Below are positions 52,257 through 61,734 of a stretch of 64,000 nucleotides of DNA, piece after piece. Where the stretch lies: contig QWRK01000001.1 in NCBI GenBank assembly GCA_003670455.1, positions 15,914 to 79,913 of the forward strand, in the 5' to 3' direction. The DNA comes from Candidatus Aquidulcis sp. GTDB lineage: Bacteria; Chloroflexota; Limnocylindria; Limnocylindrales; Limnocylindraceae. Position 1 is the stretch's first letter. Each line of letters opens with the position of its first letter. The notes beneath the pieces were generated by a model. The model did no database searches and was not told the origin of the DNA. It saw only the letters and a list, made by a program, of their open reading frames with translations. The position numbers and the translations under genes were made by a program.

Positions 52257-53507
52257 ATGAGTGCACAGAAGAGCGCTTGGGCAGTTGCGCAGCAGCAGTT
52301 TGACCTTGCCGCAAAGCGGCTCGGCCTCGACTCCGGCATCGCCGCCGTGTTGCGCGAGCCGCGCCGGCAGCTCACCGTGCACTTCCCTGTGCGCATGGAT
52401 GACGGCACCACTCGAGTCTTCGAGGGGCACCGTGTACAGCACAACCTTGGACGCGGCCCAGCGAAGGGCGGCATCCGCTTCCACCAGGACGTCAACATCG
52501 ACGAAGTGAAGGCCCTCTCCATGTGGATGTCGTGGAAGTGTGCCGTGATGGATCTTCCCTACGGCGGCGGCAAGGGCGGCGTCACCGTTGACCCAAAGAA
52601 GTTGTCACTCGGCGAGCTTGAGCGCCTGACACGACGCTTCACAACCGAAATCGCCGTCATCATTGGGCCAGAGTCCGATATTCCGGCGCCCGATGTGAAC
52701 ACCAACAGCCAGACGATGGCCTGGATGATGGACACCTATTCCATGCACGTTGGCTACACCGTTCCTGGTGTCGTCACTGGTAAGCCGATTGCGCTCGGCG
52801 GCTCAAAGGGCCGCAACGAGGCGACCGCGCGTGGTGCAGTCTTCTGCATTCGCGAAGCAGCCGGCAAGATCAACCTGAACCTCAAGGGCGCGACGGTGGT
52901 GGTGCAGGGATACGGCAACGCTGGATCCATTGCCGCACGACTGATCAGCGAGCTCGGCTCAAAGGTGATCGCCGTCTCCGACAGCAGCGGCGGCATTCAC
53001 AATCCAGCCGGACTCGATCTTGATGCCGTTGATGCGCACAAGAAGAAGACGGGGAGTGTCGTTGGCTTTGCTGGCTCGACGCCAGTGAGCAATCAGGCAA
53101 TCTTGGAGATCGCCTGCGACGTGCTCATTCCAGCGGCGCTCGAGAATCAGATCACCGCAGAGAATGCAGGGAAGATCAAGACGAAGATCGTCGCTGAGGC
53201 GGCGAACGGGCCAACGACGCCGGAGGCGGACGACATCTTGTTCGCGAACGGCGCCATGGTGATCCCTGACATCCTCTGCAACGCAGGTGGTGTGACGGTG
53301 AGCTACTTCGAGTGGGTGCAGGACCTGAACCGCGACTTCTGGGAAGAGGAAGAGGTCAACGTCCGCCTTGAGAAGAAGATGGTTCGCGCCTTCCACGAGG
53401 TCTACGACATGGCCCAGAAGGAGAAGAGCCACCTGCGAACGGGTGCCTACCTCCTCTCCGTGCAGCGTGTCGCCGATGCCATGACGGTGCGGGGTATCTA
53501 CCCGTAA
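52257..53507 (+). CDS. gdhA: Glutamate dehydrogenase (Glu/Leu/Phe/Val dehydrogenase family)
   Basis: 'KGGIRFHQDVNIDEVKALSMWMSWKCAVMDLPYGGGKGG' active-site region; GGAGAGG SD before ATG 52257. Confidence 0.9.
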   Translation: MSAQKSAWAVAQQQFDLAAKRLGLDSGIAAVLREPRRQLTVHFPVRMDDGTTRVFEGHRVQHNLGRGPAKGGIRFHQDVNIDEVKALSMWMSWKCAVMDLPYGGGKGGVTVDPKKLSLGELERLTRRFTTEIAVIIGPESDIPAPDVNTNSQTMAWMMDTYSMHVGYTVPGVVTGKPIALGGSKGRNEATARGAVFCIREAAGKINLNLKGATVVVQGYGNAGSIAARLISELGSKVIAVSDSSGGIHNPAGLDLDAVDAHKKKTGSVVGFAGSTPVSNQAILEIACDVLIPAALENQITAENAGKIKTKIVAEAANGPTTPEADDILFANGAMVIPDILCNAGGVTVSYFEWVQDLNRDFWEEEEVNVRLEKKMVRAFHEVYDMAQKEKSHLRTGAYLLSVQRVADAMTVRGIYP

Positions 53508-53532
53508 CCCTCCTGCGCGCTAGGATGCGCAC

Positions 53533-54150
53533 ATGGCTGGCCTAGACCACGAAGAGCGCTTTCTCTTTCGCGAGGAGATCCTCGCGCTTGCCGCCGCGCT
53601 CACTGAAGGGTCGGCGCTCGACAACGTTGAGGACCTGCTCGTTGACCTGATCACCTCGAGCCACTTCGACGCCGAGGTGGTCACGCTGGAGCGATCACTG
53701 CAGGCGATGCTCGGGCAGCGCCAGGGCTCAACCCTGGTGACAGCGCTTACCGCTGCACCTGAGGTCTTTGATGAGGTGGCGCAGTTGCGCCTCCCCCCTG
53801 AGGTGGTGGATCGTCTCGCCGGCTGGCGCGCACGCTTCGGCCTGGCGATCGACAACGCACTGAGCTTCCTCTCGAACCCCGACGGCATTCAGGGGCACAA
53901 CTTCACCACGCAGGTTGCCCACGCCGACGATCGTCGAACGCTGCAGGGGCGGCTCACCTTTGTGCGCTACAGCAACGAGTCTGAATTCTTTATTGCCGAT
54001 GCGAGCGTCTTCCTTCAGGTTGCGGCCGACCTCCTCGACAAGCTCGGCACGCACATCAGCCGAGACGATGTTGACCAGGAGTCGGTGACGCGCCTGAAAG
54101 AGGCAGTCAACTTGATTGAGCGTCGCACCGCGCCGCGCGAAGAGGCGTAA
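53533..54150 (+). CDS. Hypothetical protein
   Basis: ORF with coding-like composition; no recognised motif. Confidence 0.4.
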   Translation: MAGLDHEERFLFREEILALAAALTEGSALDNVEDLLVDLITSSHFDAEVVTLERSLQAMLGQRQGSTLVTALTAAPEVFDEVAQLRLPPEVVDRLAGWRARFGLAIDNALSFLSNPDGIQGHNFTTQVAHADDRRTLQGRLTFVRYSNESEFFIADASVFLQVAADLLDKLGTHISRDDVDQESVTRLKEAVNLIERRTAPREEA

Positions 54151-54154
54151 CCAG

Positions 54155-55279
54155 ATGACCGGCGCCGCGGGCGCACGGCAGCTCTTCCTCGCCGCGACGG
54201 GCCAGAACCGCGGCAAGACCACCACCTCACTCGGACTCTTCGCCGCCTTCCGCGCGCAAGGGCTGGACGCCGGATTCATGAAGCCGGTCGGCCAGCGCTG
54301 GATCACCATCGATGACACCCCAGCCGACGAAGATGCCGCCCTGATGCGCGGTGTATTTGACCTGACCGATGCGGTCGCACTTCTCTCCCCGGTGCAGATT
54401 CCGCGCGGATTCACGCGCAAGGTGATTGAGGGCCAGGTGGTGGAAGACCTCGGCGCGAAGATTATCGCCGCGCAGGTAGAGCTCGCCCAGAGGCACGAAC
54501 TGCTGTTGCTCGAGGGCACAGGGCATGCGGGCGTTGGCGCGGTGATTGGCTTGAGTAATGCCGATGTCGCCGCGCTGCTCGGCGCACCGGTGATCATCGT
54601 GAGCGAGGGGGGCATCGGGCGGCCGATCGACGAGATCGTGTTGAACGCAGCGCTCTTCGCCGCGCGCGGCGTCGAGGTTGCTGGCGCGATCGTGAACAAG
54701 GTCGATCTCGATCTGCAGCCAGAGCTGCCACGCCTCCTTGAGAAGGGGCTCGCGCGCCACGGCATTCCGCTCCTCGGCGTCCTTCCGTACCGCCAAATTC
54801 TTTCGAACCCCACGCTGGCGATCATCGAAGACGGACTACAAGGCGAGACCCTCTGGCCTGGCCGCGACATGGACGCGATCATCGGTCGCGTCTCCGTTGC
54901 TGCGATGCAGCCAGAGCATGTGATGCAGCGCATCGGCGAGAGCGCCCTCATCGTGGTTCCTGGTGACCGAGAGGATGTGATCGAGGTGCTCACGCAACTG
55001 TGGCTTGACGGGAAGGATCATCCCAATAGGCCGCTCGGCTTCGTCCTTAGCGGTGGCTATCGACCGAGCACAAAGGTGCTCGAGATGATTCGGAAGGCGA
55101 ACGTTTTCGCCGTGCTGATGGAGGGCGACACCTACAGCGTCGCATCCATGGTGCACGACCTGCTGGTGAAGACCCACCCCGAAGATGTGCGCAAGATCGA
55201 AGAGATCAAGCAGCTCGTTGCCGGCTCACTCGACGTGAACCGCATCCTCGCTGCGGCGCGTCCCGTTCCAACGCGCTAA
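54155..55279 (+). CDS. Stand-alone phosphotransacetylase N-terminal-like protein (CbiA/BioD-like P-loop + DRTGG domain)
   Basis: 'LFLAATGQNRGKTTTSLGL' P-loop and Pta N-domain-like architecture. Confidence 0.55.
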   Translation: MTGAAGARQLFLAATGQNRGKTTTSLGLFAAFRAQGLDAGFMKPVGQRWITIDDTPADEDAALMRGVFDLTDAVALLSPVQIPRGFTRKVIEGQVVEDLGAKIIAAQVELAQRHELLLLEGTGHAGVGAVIGLSNADVAALLGAPVIIVSEGGIGRPIDEIVLNAALFAARGVEVAGAIVNKVDLDLQPELPRLLEKGLARHGIPLLGVLPYRQILSNPTLAIIEDGLQGETLWPGRDMDAIIGRVSVAAMQPEHVMQRIGESALIVVPGDREDVIEVLTQLWLDGKDHPNRPLGFVLSGGYRPSTKVLEMIRKANVFAVLMEGDTYSVASMVHDLLVKTHPEDVRKIEEIKQLVAGSLDVNRILAAARPVPTR

Positions 55280-55288
55280 GCGGCGCTC

Positions 55289-56149
55289 CTACGGGAGCGT
55301 GATCGCGTCGATCAGGCGCACCCCATCAACGACCGCTGCGAGAGAGACGAGCACCTCACCTGGCGCGGCATCGCCTACCTGTGCGCTCTCTGACAGCGGC
55401 ACGAGCGTTGCACTCTCGGCGAAGTCGAGGTAGTCGAGCGTGACACTCGGCTCGGCGGTGATCACCCGCTCGGCGAGGGTCCGAAGCATCGCAACGCTCG
55501 TGATGCCAGAGGCATACGCCTCAGCGATGAGCGAGAGGGCGACGGGGATCGTTTTTGCCGCGGCAACACGACCGCTCGCTGAGAGCATCTGATTGCGTGA
55601 ACTGAGCGCAAGGCCATCACTATCACGCACGGTGGTGACGCGGTGGATCGAGATCTGGTCGCTCCGCTGCGCCGCCATCCATTCAATGACGCGCACCTGC
55701 TGCGCATCCTTCGCGCCGAAGTACGCCTCATTGGGGCGTACCAGATCAAAGAGGCGAGAGACGACGGTCGCCACGCCGGCAAAGTGCCCAGGCCGGGAGG
55801 CACCTTCAAGTCGCGTGGCGAGCGGACCTGGCTCGACGTTGGCAGCTGGTTCGCTGGGTGGGTAGATCTGATCGACATCGGGGGTGAAGAGGAGATCTGC
55901 ACCAGCTGCCTCGGCGAGTTGCTGGTCGCTCTCAAGGGTGCGCGGGTATCGCGCGACATCAGCGGCGTTCGCAAACTGCCGTGGATTTACGAAGATTGAG
56001 ACGACCACGGTCGCAGCGGTGCGTCGAGCGGCGGCGATCAGTGCTGCGTGGCCGGCGTGGAGCGCCCCCATGGTTGGTACGAGGGCAATAGGGCGGGGAA
56101 GTTGAGCGAGCGACTGCTCGAGTTCCGCGCGAGTAGTGACGGTGCGCAT
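55289..56149 (-). CDS. panC: Pantoate--beta-alanine ligase
   Basis: 'LVPTMGALHAGHAALI' HIGH-type motif. Confidence 0.85.
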   Translation of the reverse strand: MRTVTTRAELEQSLAQLPRPIALVPTMGALHAGHAALIAAARRTAATVVVSIFVNPRQFANAADVARYPRTLESDQQLAEAAGADLLFTPDVDQIYPPSEPAANVEPGPLATRLEGASRPGHFAGVATVVSRLFDLVRPNEAYFGAKDAQQVRVIEWMAAQRSDQISIHRVTTVRDSDGLALSSRNQMLSASGRVAAAKTIPVALSLIAEAYASGITSVAMLRTLAERVITAEPSVTLDYLDFAESATLVPLSESAQVGDAAPGEVLVSLAAVVDGVRLIDAITLP

Positions 56150-56164
56150 CGCTTTACCGCTGAG

Positions 56165-57004
56165 CTAGCGCGGAAGCTCGTTGAGGGCGGCGATGAGGGT
56201 TGCGTCGCCAGCGATCCCTTGCGCTGCGGTGGGGAAGTCTCCCGACTCCACGTTCGTGCGCCAGGTGGTGAGGGCGGCAATCGCCTCGTCGCGAAGGTTG
56301 GCGATGCGCCCGGCGTGGCGCGGTGCGGCGGCGCCGAGTAGGCCGAGCAGGTCTGGGAGCACTTGGATCTGTCCAGTGCACCCGCCACCGGCACCGATGC
56401 CGATCGTTGGGATCGTGAGGCGGCTGGTGATCGCGGCTGCAAGCTCCTGTGGCACGAGCTCAATCACGATCGCCGATGCGCCGGCCTCCTGCAGGGCGAT
56501 CGCATCCTCTAGAAGTGCGGCCGCCGCCTCAGGGAGACGCCCCTTTGCGCGAGGCTTGCTCTCATTCAGTGACGACTGTGGCGTGAAGCCGATGTGGCCA
56601 ATCACGGGAACGCCACTGCGCACGAGCGCAGCGACGATGGGGGCAACGGCAACGCCACCTTCAAGTTTTACGGCCCCAGCGCCAGCATCGCGAATGAATC
56701 GCGCAGCGTTTTCGGCTGCGGTCGGCACATCCACATAGGAGAGGAAGGGCATGTCGCCGATCACCAGTGCGGTGCTGGTTGAGCGCACAACGGCGGCGGT
56801 GTGATGCAGCATCTCGCTCATGCCAACGCGAACGGTCGACTCATGGCCGAGCGCAACCTGTGCGAGCGAGTCACCCACGAGCATGAAGTGAATGCCAGCC
56901 GCCTCGGCGAACTCGGCGGTCGGGCGATCCCATGCGGTAACTGCAGCGAAGTGGCCGCCTGCGGCGTGCGCAGCGCGCATGTCGGCAACGGTGTGTCGCC
57001 CCAT
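56165..57004 (-). CDS. panB: 3-methyl-2-oxobutanoate hydroxymethyltransferase
   Basis: 'FMLVGDSLAQVALGHESTV...YHTAAV' PanB core. Confidence 0.85.
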   Translation of the reverse strand: MGRHTVADMRAAHAAGGHFAAVTAWDRPTAEFAEAAGIHFMLVGDSLAQVALGHESTVRVGMSEMLHHTAAVVRSTSTALVIGDMPFLSYVDVPTAAENAARFIRDAGAGAVKLEGGVAVAPIVAALVRSGVPVIGHIGFTPQSSLNESKPRAKGRLPEAAAALLEDAIALQEAGASAIVIELVPQELAAAITSRLTIPTIGIGAGGGCTGQIQVLPDLLGLLGAAAPRHAGRIANLRDEAIAALTTWRTNVESGDFPTAAQGIAGDATLIAALNELPR

Positions 57005-58308
57005 CAGCCTGCTCGCGTTGCGAGGAGCGCCGCCACTCGATCCAGGATGGCGTCAGCCACGACACGCTTCGGCGCCGGACCAACACGGGTAACCACCGCG
57101 TCGGCTCCGATGATCTCTGCGGCATTTTCGGCACTCTCAAAGCCGATGCCGGGCGCCGTGACGTCGTTGGCGACGATGAGGTCAAGGTCCTTCTTCTCTA
57201 GCTTCTCGCGTGCCCGCGGCGTTGCACTCGCCTCTGCCGAGAAGCCCACAAGCAGTGTCTGACGCGTGGCACGTGCACCGAGTGCCTGCGCGACGCCAGC
57301 GAGCAGGTCGGGGGTCGGCGTGAGACGAAGTGTGATCTCGCCATCGCGACGCAGCTTCTCGGTCAGCGGGCCGCCCGCAACGCGAAAGTCAGAGACGGCG
57401 GCGGTGGCGATGAGTGCATCGGCGGGGGTTGTTGCGCTGCCGTTCGGTGCGGCGAGGAGTGCGCTGCGCAGTGCAGCGTCGAGCGCGTCAACGCTCATGG
57501 CGCGCACAATGGCGACCCCTTCAGGGAGCGGCACGCTGACCCGCGCGGCGATCAGGGTGACGTCGGCGCCACGATCGCGCGCCGCCTCAGCCAGGGCGAT
57601 CCCCTGACGACCCGACGAGCGGTTCGCCAAGATCCGCACCGCGTCGATCGGCTCTTCGGTGCCACCTGCAGTGACCACGATCCGTCGACCAGAGAGGTCG
57701 CCAGCCGGTACTGCTGGTGGTCGGCGGCTCTCGTTCGGCTCGCGAATCGGTGCGGCGCCGATCGCGGCCACAACGGCATCAATGATCGCAGCCGTTTCAG
57801 CGAGGCGGCCGACGCCCGTTGCGCCACTGGCAAGCGCGCCACTCTCCGGTGCAACAAGTGCGTAGCCGAAGTCATCACGCAGCCGCGTCGCATTTGTTTG
57901 CGTTGCCGCGTGTGCCCACATCTCGCCGTCCATTGCCGGTGCGACGATCACGGGTGCGGTGGTGGCGAGGCAGGCGGCGGTCACCACATCTCCAGCGAGG
58001 CCGCTCGCCATGGCACCGATCCACTGCGCTGTTGCCGGCGCGATCAGGATCGCATCGGCGGAGTCGGCTGCAACGATGTGGCCGATACGGCCGTCGGGGA
58101 GCAGGTCGAGGAGATCGGCATCAACGGCGTGCCCTGTAAGTGTGCGCAGGGTGAGGGGTGAGACGAACCGTGTGGCGGCGGGGGTGAGGAGCGCCTGCAC
58201 GTCGGCACCCTCGGCGCGGAGTGCGCGCACGATCTCTGGCGACTTGTAGGCGGCGATGGAGCCGGTGATGCCAAGGACAACGAGTCGTCCGGCGAGGCGC
58301 TTGCTCAT
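57004..58308 (-). CDS. coaBC: Bifunctional phosphopantothenoylcysteine decarboxylase/phosphopantothenate-cysteine ligase
   Basis: Flavoprotein N-terminus 'VLGITGSIAAYKSPEIVRAL', CoaB C-terminal half; start ATG 58308 (ATGA overlap with coaX). Confidence 0.85.
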   Translation of the reverse strand: MSKRLAGRLVVLGITGSIAAYKSPEIVRALRAEGADVQALLTPAATRFVSPLTLRTLTGHAVDADLLDLLPDGRIGHIVAADSADAILIAPATAQWIGAMASGLAGDVVTAACLATTAPVIVAPAMDGEMWAHAATQTNATRLRDDFGYALVAPESGALASGATGVGRLAETAAIIDAVVAAIGAAPIREPNESRRPPAVPAGDLSGRRIVVTAGGTEEPIDAVRILANRSSGRQGIALAEAARDRGADVTLIAARVSVPLPEGVAIVRAMSVDALDAALRSALLAAPNGSATTPADALIATAAVSDFRVAGGPLTEKLRRDGEITLRLTPTPDLLAGVAQALGARATRQTLLVGFSAEASATPRAREKLEKKDLDLIVANDVTAPGIGFESAENAAEIIGADAVVTRVGPAPKRVVADAILDRVAALLATRAG

Positions 58309-59108
58309 GCGCGCACCGCTGCGGGGAGTGCGTGGATGGCGCGCAGAACAAACTCGGCGTCGCGATGATCGGCGGCAACTGTGGCGCACCAACCGGCGAG
58401 CGCCGCGCCACCACTCAGCACAACCGCGGGAGTTGGCGCGCCCGGATCGCGGCGTGACATCTCTTCAATCGACTCTGCAATGAGTGCGGTGATGGCACCG
58501 CGTGCGCCGCGGAGGATTCCGGCGCTGAGCGCTTCGGCGGTGTCGGCGCCAATAGGTCCAGCGAGATCGGGGCTCTCGTCGTAGATGGCAACGAGTGGCA
58601 GTGCGGCGGCGCCGCTCGCCAAGGCGCGGGAGGCGAGCACGGGAGAGGGGGTGATCGCGCCACCAATGAGGCGGCCACTTCGGTCGACGCAGGTGAGGGT
58701 GAGTGCGGTGCCGAGCGTCACCGCGATCGCCCCACGACCACGAGGCGCTCCAAACTCTGTATAGGCGAGCCATGCGGCGAGGAGTCGATCAATGCCGATC
58801 TGGGCGGGTGGGGTGAGCGCCAGCTCGAGCGGAACGTCGGCCACGCTCACAAACTCAATGGAGAGATCCGCGCTCTTTGCCACCGCGCGGAGCGCCTCGG
58901 CACCGGCTGGCACGACGCTCGCAACACGCAGGGTTGCCGCCTCCCCAGTGCGCTCCGCATCGGCGCGGATCGCTGCGATCAGCTCGGCGGCAACACCACC
59001 CCAGGTGACGGCGTCGCGGGGGTCGATAGGGGCGGGGAGGCGCACCACGGCACCGTCAAGCAGGGCGGCCTTCGCCGCACTATTCCCGAGATCAACGGCG
59101 TAGCGCAC
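58305..59108 (-). CDS. coaX: Type III pantothenate kinase
   Basis: 'MRYAVDLGNSAAKAAL' ASKHA N-terminus, ~260 aa. Confidence 0.8.
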   Translation of the reverse strand: MRYAVDLGNSAAKAALLDGAVVRLPAPIDPRDAVTWGGVAAELIAAIRADAERTGEAATLRVASVVPAGAEALRAVAKSADLSIEFVSVADVPLELALTPPAQIGIDRLLAAWLAYTEFGAPRGRGAIAVTLGTALTLTCVDRSGRLIGGAITPSPVLASRALASGAAALPLVAIYDESPDLAGPIGADTAEALSAGILRGARGAITALIAESIEEMSRRDPGAPTPAVVLSGGAALAGWCATVAADHRDAEFVLRAIHALPAAVRA

Positions 59109-59111
59109 CGC

Positions 59112-59330
59112 TCAATGATAGGGCGGGCGGCGCGGGTGCGGCGAGGAGCCGCTCTGCGGTAGGCTCTCTCCCTCATGGATCACGAACAGCACGACCGCGC
59201 CCCCGGCCTCTTCGTTAATCGAGGCCTCGTCGTGCAGCGCGCCGATAAGGCGAATATCCTCCGCCCCCTCCTGCACCAGACGGTCTCCTATCGCCACCTT
59301 CGCGATGGCGAGCAGATCGTCCGCGGCCAC
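59112..59330 (-). CDS. Hypothetical small protein (72 aa), possibly first gene of the coaX operon
   Basis: Stop 3 nt before coaX ATG; GTG start; in-phase antisense to a plus-strand ORF, so coding strand unresolved. Confidence 0.25.
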   Translation of the reverse strand: MAADDLLAIAKVAIGDRLVQEGAEDIRLIGALHDEASINEEAGGAVVLFVIHEGESLPQSGSSPHPRRPPYH

Positions 59331-59345
59331 GGCTGGGTCGAGGAG

Positions 59346-59645
59346 GTGCTGGGTGATGATCCCGAGGTCTCCTCAATCTTCACCCCACTCACCATCACCA
59401 TCAATGTGGATGCCTTCGAGAGCATCGAGTTTGATCTCAGCGAGCCGGGGAACCTTCGCTATGTGCTGCGCTCCGGATCCGACGCAGTGGAGATTGAGTA
59501 CCAGGCGGGCACCCAGATTCCAGATGCTGCACCCGTGAAGAGCTGGTTGGAATATCGCGGCGAGCAGTATGTGCAGATCGAACTACCAACGGGGGCATGG
59601 CCAACGGCGAGTGACGATAAACCGCACTCCAACGAGATCGGCTAA
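59346..59645 (+). CDS. Hypothetical small beta-rich protein
   Basis: 3' two-thirds of ORF 59175-59645 looks protein-like; start uncertain. Confidence 0.3.
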   Translation: MLGDDPEVSSIFTPLTITINVDAFESIEFDLSEPGNLRYVLRSGSDAVEIEYQAGTQIPDAAPVKSWLEYRGEQYVQIELPTGAWPTASDDKPHSNEIG

Positions 59646-59654
59646 CCTGCTGCT

Positions 59655-60122
59655 ATGAGCACCAGCCAGCGCACCCTTGTTCTCGTCAAGCCAGACGGCG
59701 TACAGCGCCAGCTTGCTGGTCGAGTGATCACGCGATTCGAAGAGCGCGGCCTCAAGATCGTCGCCCTGAAGATCACCCCGGTGAGCGCGAAGCTCGCTGA
59801 GACCCACTACGCCGTGCATGCACAGCGCCCCTTCTTCAAGGGCCTCGTGGAATTCATCTCGTCGGGCCCAGTTGTGGCGATGGTCCTTGAAGGGCCGAAC
59901 GCCATTGCCGTTGTTCGTTCAATGGTCGGTGCAACGAAGCCGCACGAGTCAGCCCCCGGAACTATCCGCGGCGACTTCGCGCTGGAGACGGCAAAGAATC
60001 TGATCCACGCATCTGATGCGCCCGAGACTGCTGCAGCAGAGATCGCACTCTGGTTCCCAGAGGGTGGTCTTGTTGAATACACCCGCGCCACCGACGCCTG
60101 GATCCTCTCCGACGAGGAGTAG
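59655..60122 (+). CDS. ndk: Nucleoside diphosphate kinase
   Basis: 'RTLVLVKPDGVQR', 'NLIHASD' (active-site His) motifs. Confidence 0.9.
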   Translation: MSTSQRTLVLVKPDGVQRQLAGRVITRFEERGLKIVALKITPVSAKLAETHYAVHAQRPFFKGLVEFISSGPVVAMVLEGPNAIAVVRSMVGATKPHESAPGTIRGDFALETAKNLIHASDAPETAAAEIALWFPEGGLVEYTRATDAWILSDEE

Positions 60123-60144
60123 ATCCCCCCGCGACCGCTGGTCG

Positions 60145-61734
60145 CTACGGCGCTGGCGAGATCTCCCCACTCCCTGACGGGACCACACTTGGCGATACCT
60201 CTGGCGATACCGTGGCGCTCGGCGTTGGCTCAACGCTTGGCACAACACTCGGCTCAACGCTTGGCGCCGGTTCAAAGCTTGCTCCTGGCGACACACTTGG
60301 CGCTGGCGGGAGCGGACCAGTGCCGCCCGACTCAAGGGCGAGCCAGCCAGCTGCTGCCGCTGCAACGAAGATCGACCCTGCAACCAGCGAGACGGTGATG
60401 ATGTTGGCGAACGGTCGGGTCTCCGCCTCATGCACGGTTTGACTCTGTGGCGTGAAGCCAACGAGCAGAAGTCGAATCGCTGCAACGATCAAGAGAATCT
60501 GACCAATGAACGCAAAGAGTGCGATGAGGGGATTACCACCGAGCAGCAACAGATTTAGTCGCGCCGCGAGTACGGCACCAGGTGGCAGCGCCGCGATCGC
60601 AATGATCGCGGCGACAAGAGCAATCCCGTTTGCCCCCGTGCGACGTGCCCACCCACCGAGTTCACTAATCGAGGTGGTTCCATATCGTCGCCGCACGCTC
60701 ACGAGCCAGAGGCCAAAGAGCGAGATGGTCAAGATCCCGGGGAGCACGATCAGTCGTGAAGAGGTGTCGGTCGGTGACTGCAGAGCGGCCGCCGCGGCGA
60801 GCGCCAGCCATCCGGCGTTCCCCACCGCGATGAAGCCGACGATCTCACCGATATCGTCGTGCAACAGGGCGGAGACAGCGCCGAAGACCAGTGTTGCCGC
60901 GCCTGCAAGCAGGATGCCGGGCACGATCGCGCCACCGAGAGGATCCGTGATGCCGCTCGCCAGTACCGAAAGCTCGCTCATCACAATGAGCGCAAGTGCC
61001 GAGGGGATCCAGACACCGACCAGGAGCGAGCCCACGATCGGGAGGGCCTCAAAGATTTTGATTAGTCGGCCATGGAAGGGGAAGACTCCTGCGGCCACGA
61101 TGAGCACGAGCGAAACGCCGAGTGCCGTTCCTGCGGCGAGCGATGCGGGGGTAGCGTACGACGCATCAACGGCGGCGTAGGAGATTGCCGTGCGCAGAAT
61201 CTCAGCAATCACGACTGCGGGGAGCAGAAGGGAGACGGTTCGAAGGTCGCGGAAGACTGCACGAGCGCGACCAACATCGTCCTTGCCGCTCGCCGCTGCG
61301 CCAGAGATGCCCAGGCTGGCGAAGAGGAGGAGTGCAATCGGCGCAATGCCGGATGGAATCGCCAACGCGAGATCAATCGCGGCGATACCGAACAGCGCAA
61401 TCTGCCCCATGGCGCCGGCTCGACGCCCCTCGCCAGCGCCAACGATCACTGCGAAGACGATGCCGCCCAGCAGCACCAGCAGGCGACCAGGCTCCGAAGG
61501 GTCAATGGCGATCTGGCCAATCTTGAGTGTTGAGAGATAGCCAGCGCCAGCAAGCGCTGCACCAACGGCGGTGATGAGCAGTAGGAGCTGCACGCCAAAT
61601 GTTGCGTATGTCGCGGCGTCATCACGCTGCGGTCCGCGCCAGAGTCGAATGAGCGGAACGAGGGCGAGGGAGCTCAGCGCCATGAGCGTAGGGAAGAGGG
61701 CGCGGATCGCCGCCAGGGCTTCCACTTCGGTCAT
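60145..61734 (-). CDS. Polytopic (~14 TM) membrane protein, possibly distant proton-antiporter/NuoN-like, with Pro/Ser/Val-rich tail
   Basis: 'GVFPFHGRL' is reminiscent of the NuoN 'PFHxWLP' motif but lacks 'PTPVSA'; tail 'PSVEPSVVPSVEPTPSATVSPEVSPSVVPS'. Confidence 0.35.
   Translation of the reverse strand: MTEVEALAAIRALFPTLMALSSLALVPLIRLWRGPQRDDAATYATFGVQLLLLITAVGAALAGAGYLSTLKIGQIAIDPSEPGRLLVLLGGIVFAVIVGAGEGRRAGAMGQIALFGIAAIDLALAIPSGIAPIALLLFASLGISGAAASGKDDVGRARAVFRDLRTVSLLLPAVVIAEILRTAISYAAVDASYATPASLAAGTALGVSLVLIVAAGVFPFHGRLIKIFEALPIVGSLLVGVWIPSALALIVMSELSVLASGITDPLGGAIVPGILLAGAATLVFGAVSALLHDDIGEIVGFIAVGNAGWLALAAAAALQSPTDTSSRLIVLPGILTISLFGLWLVSVRRRYGTTSISELGGWARRTGANGIALVAAIIAIAALPPGAVLAARLNLLLLGGNPLIALFAFIGQILLIVAAIRLLLVGFTPQSQTVHEAETRPFANIITVSLVAGSIFVAAAAAGWLALESGGTGPLPPAPSVSPGASFEPAPSVEPSVVPSVEPTPSATVSPEVSPSVVPSGSGEISPAP

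Noticed and set aside
53728-54993. 421-aa minus-strand ORF
   Set aside because: Antisense to the hypothetical and DRTGG genes. Ser/Arg/Pro-rich, no motifs.
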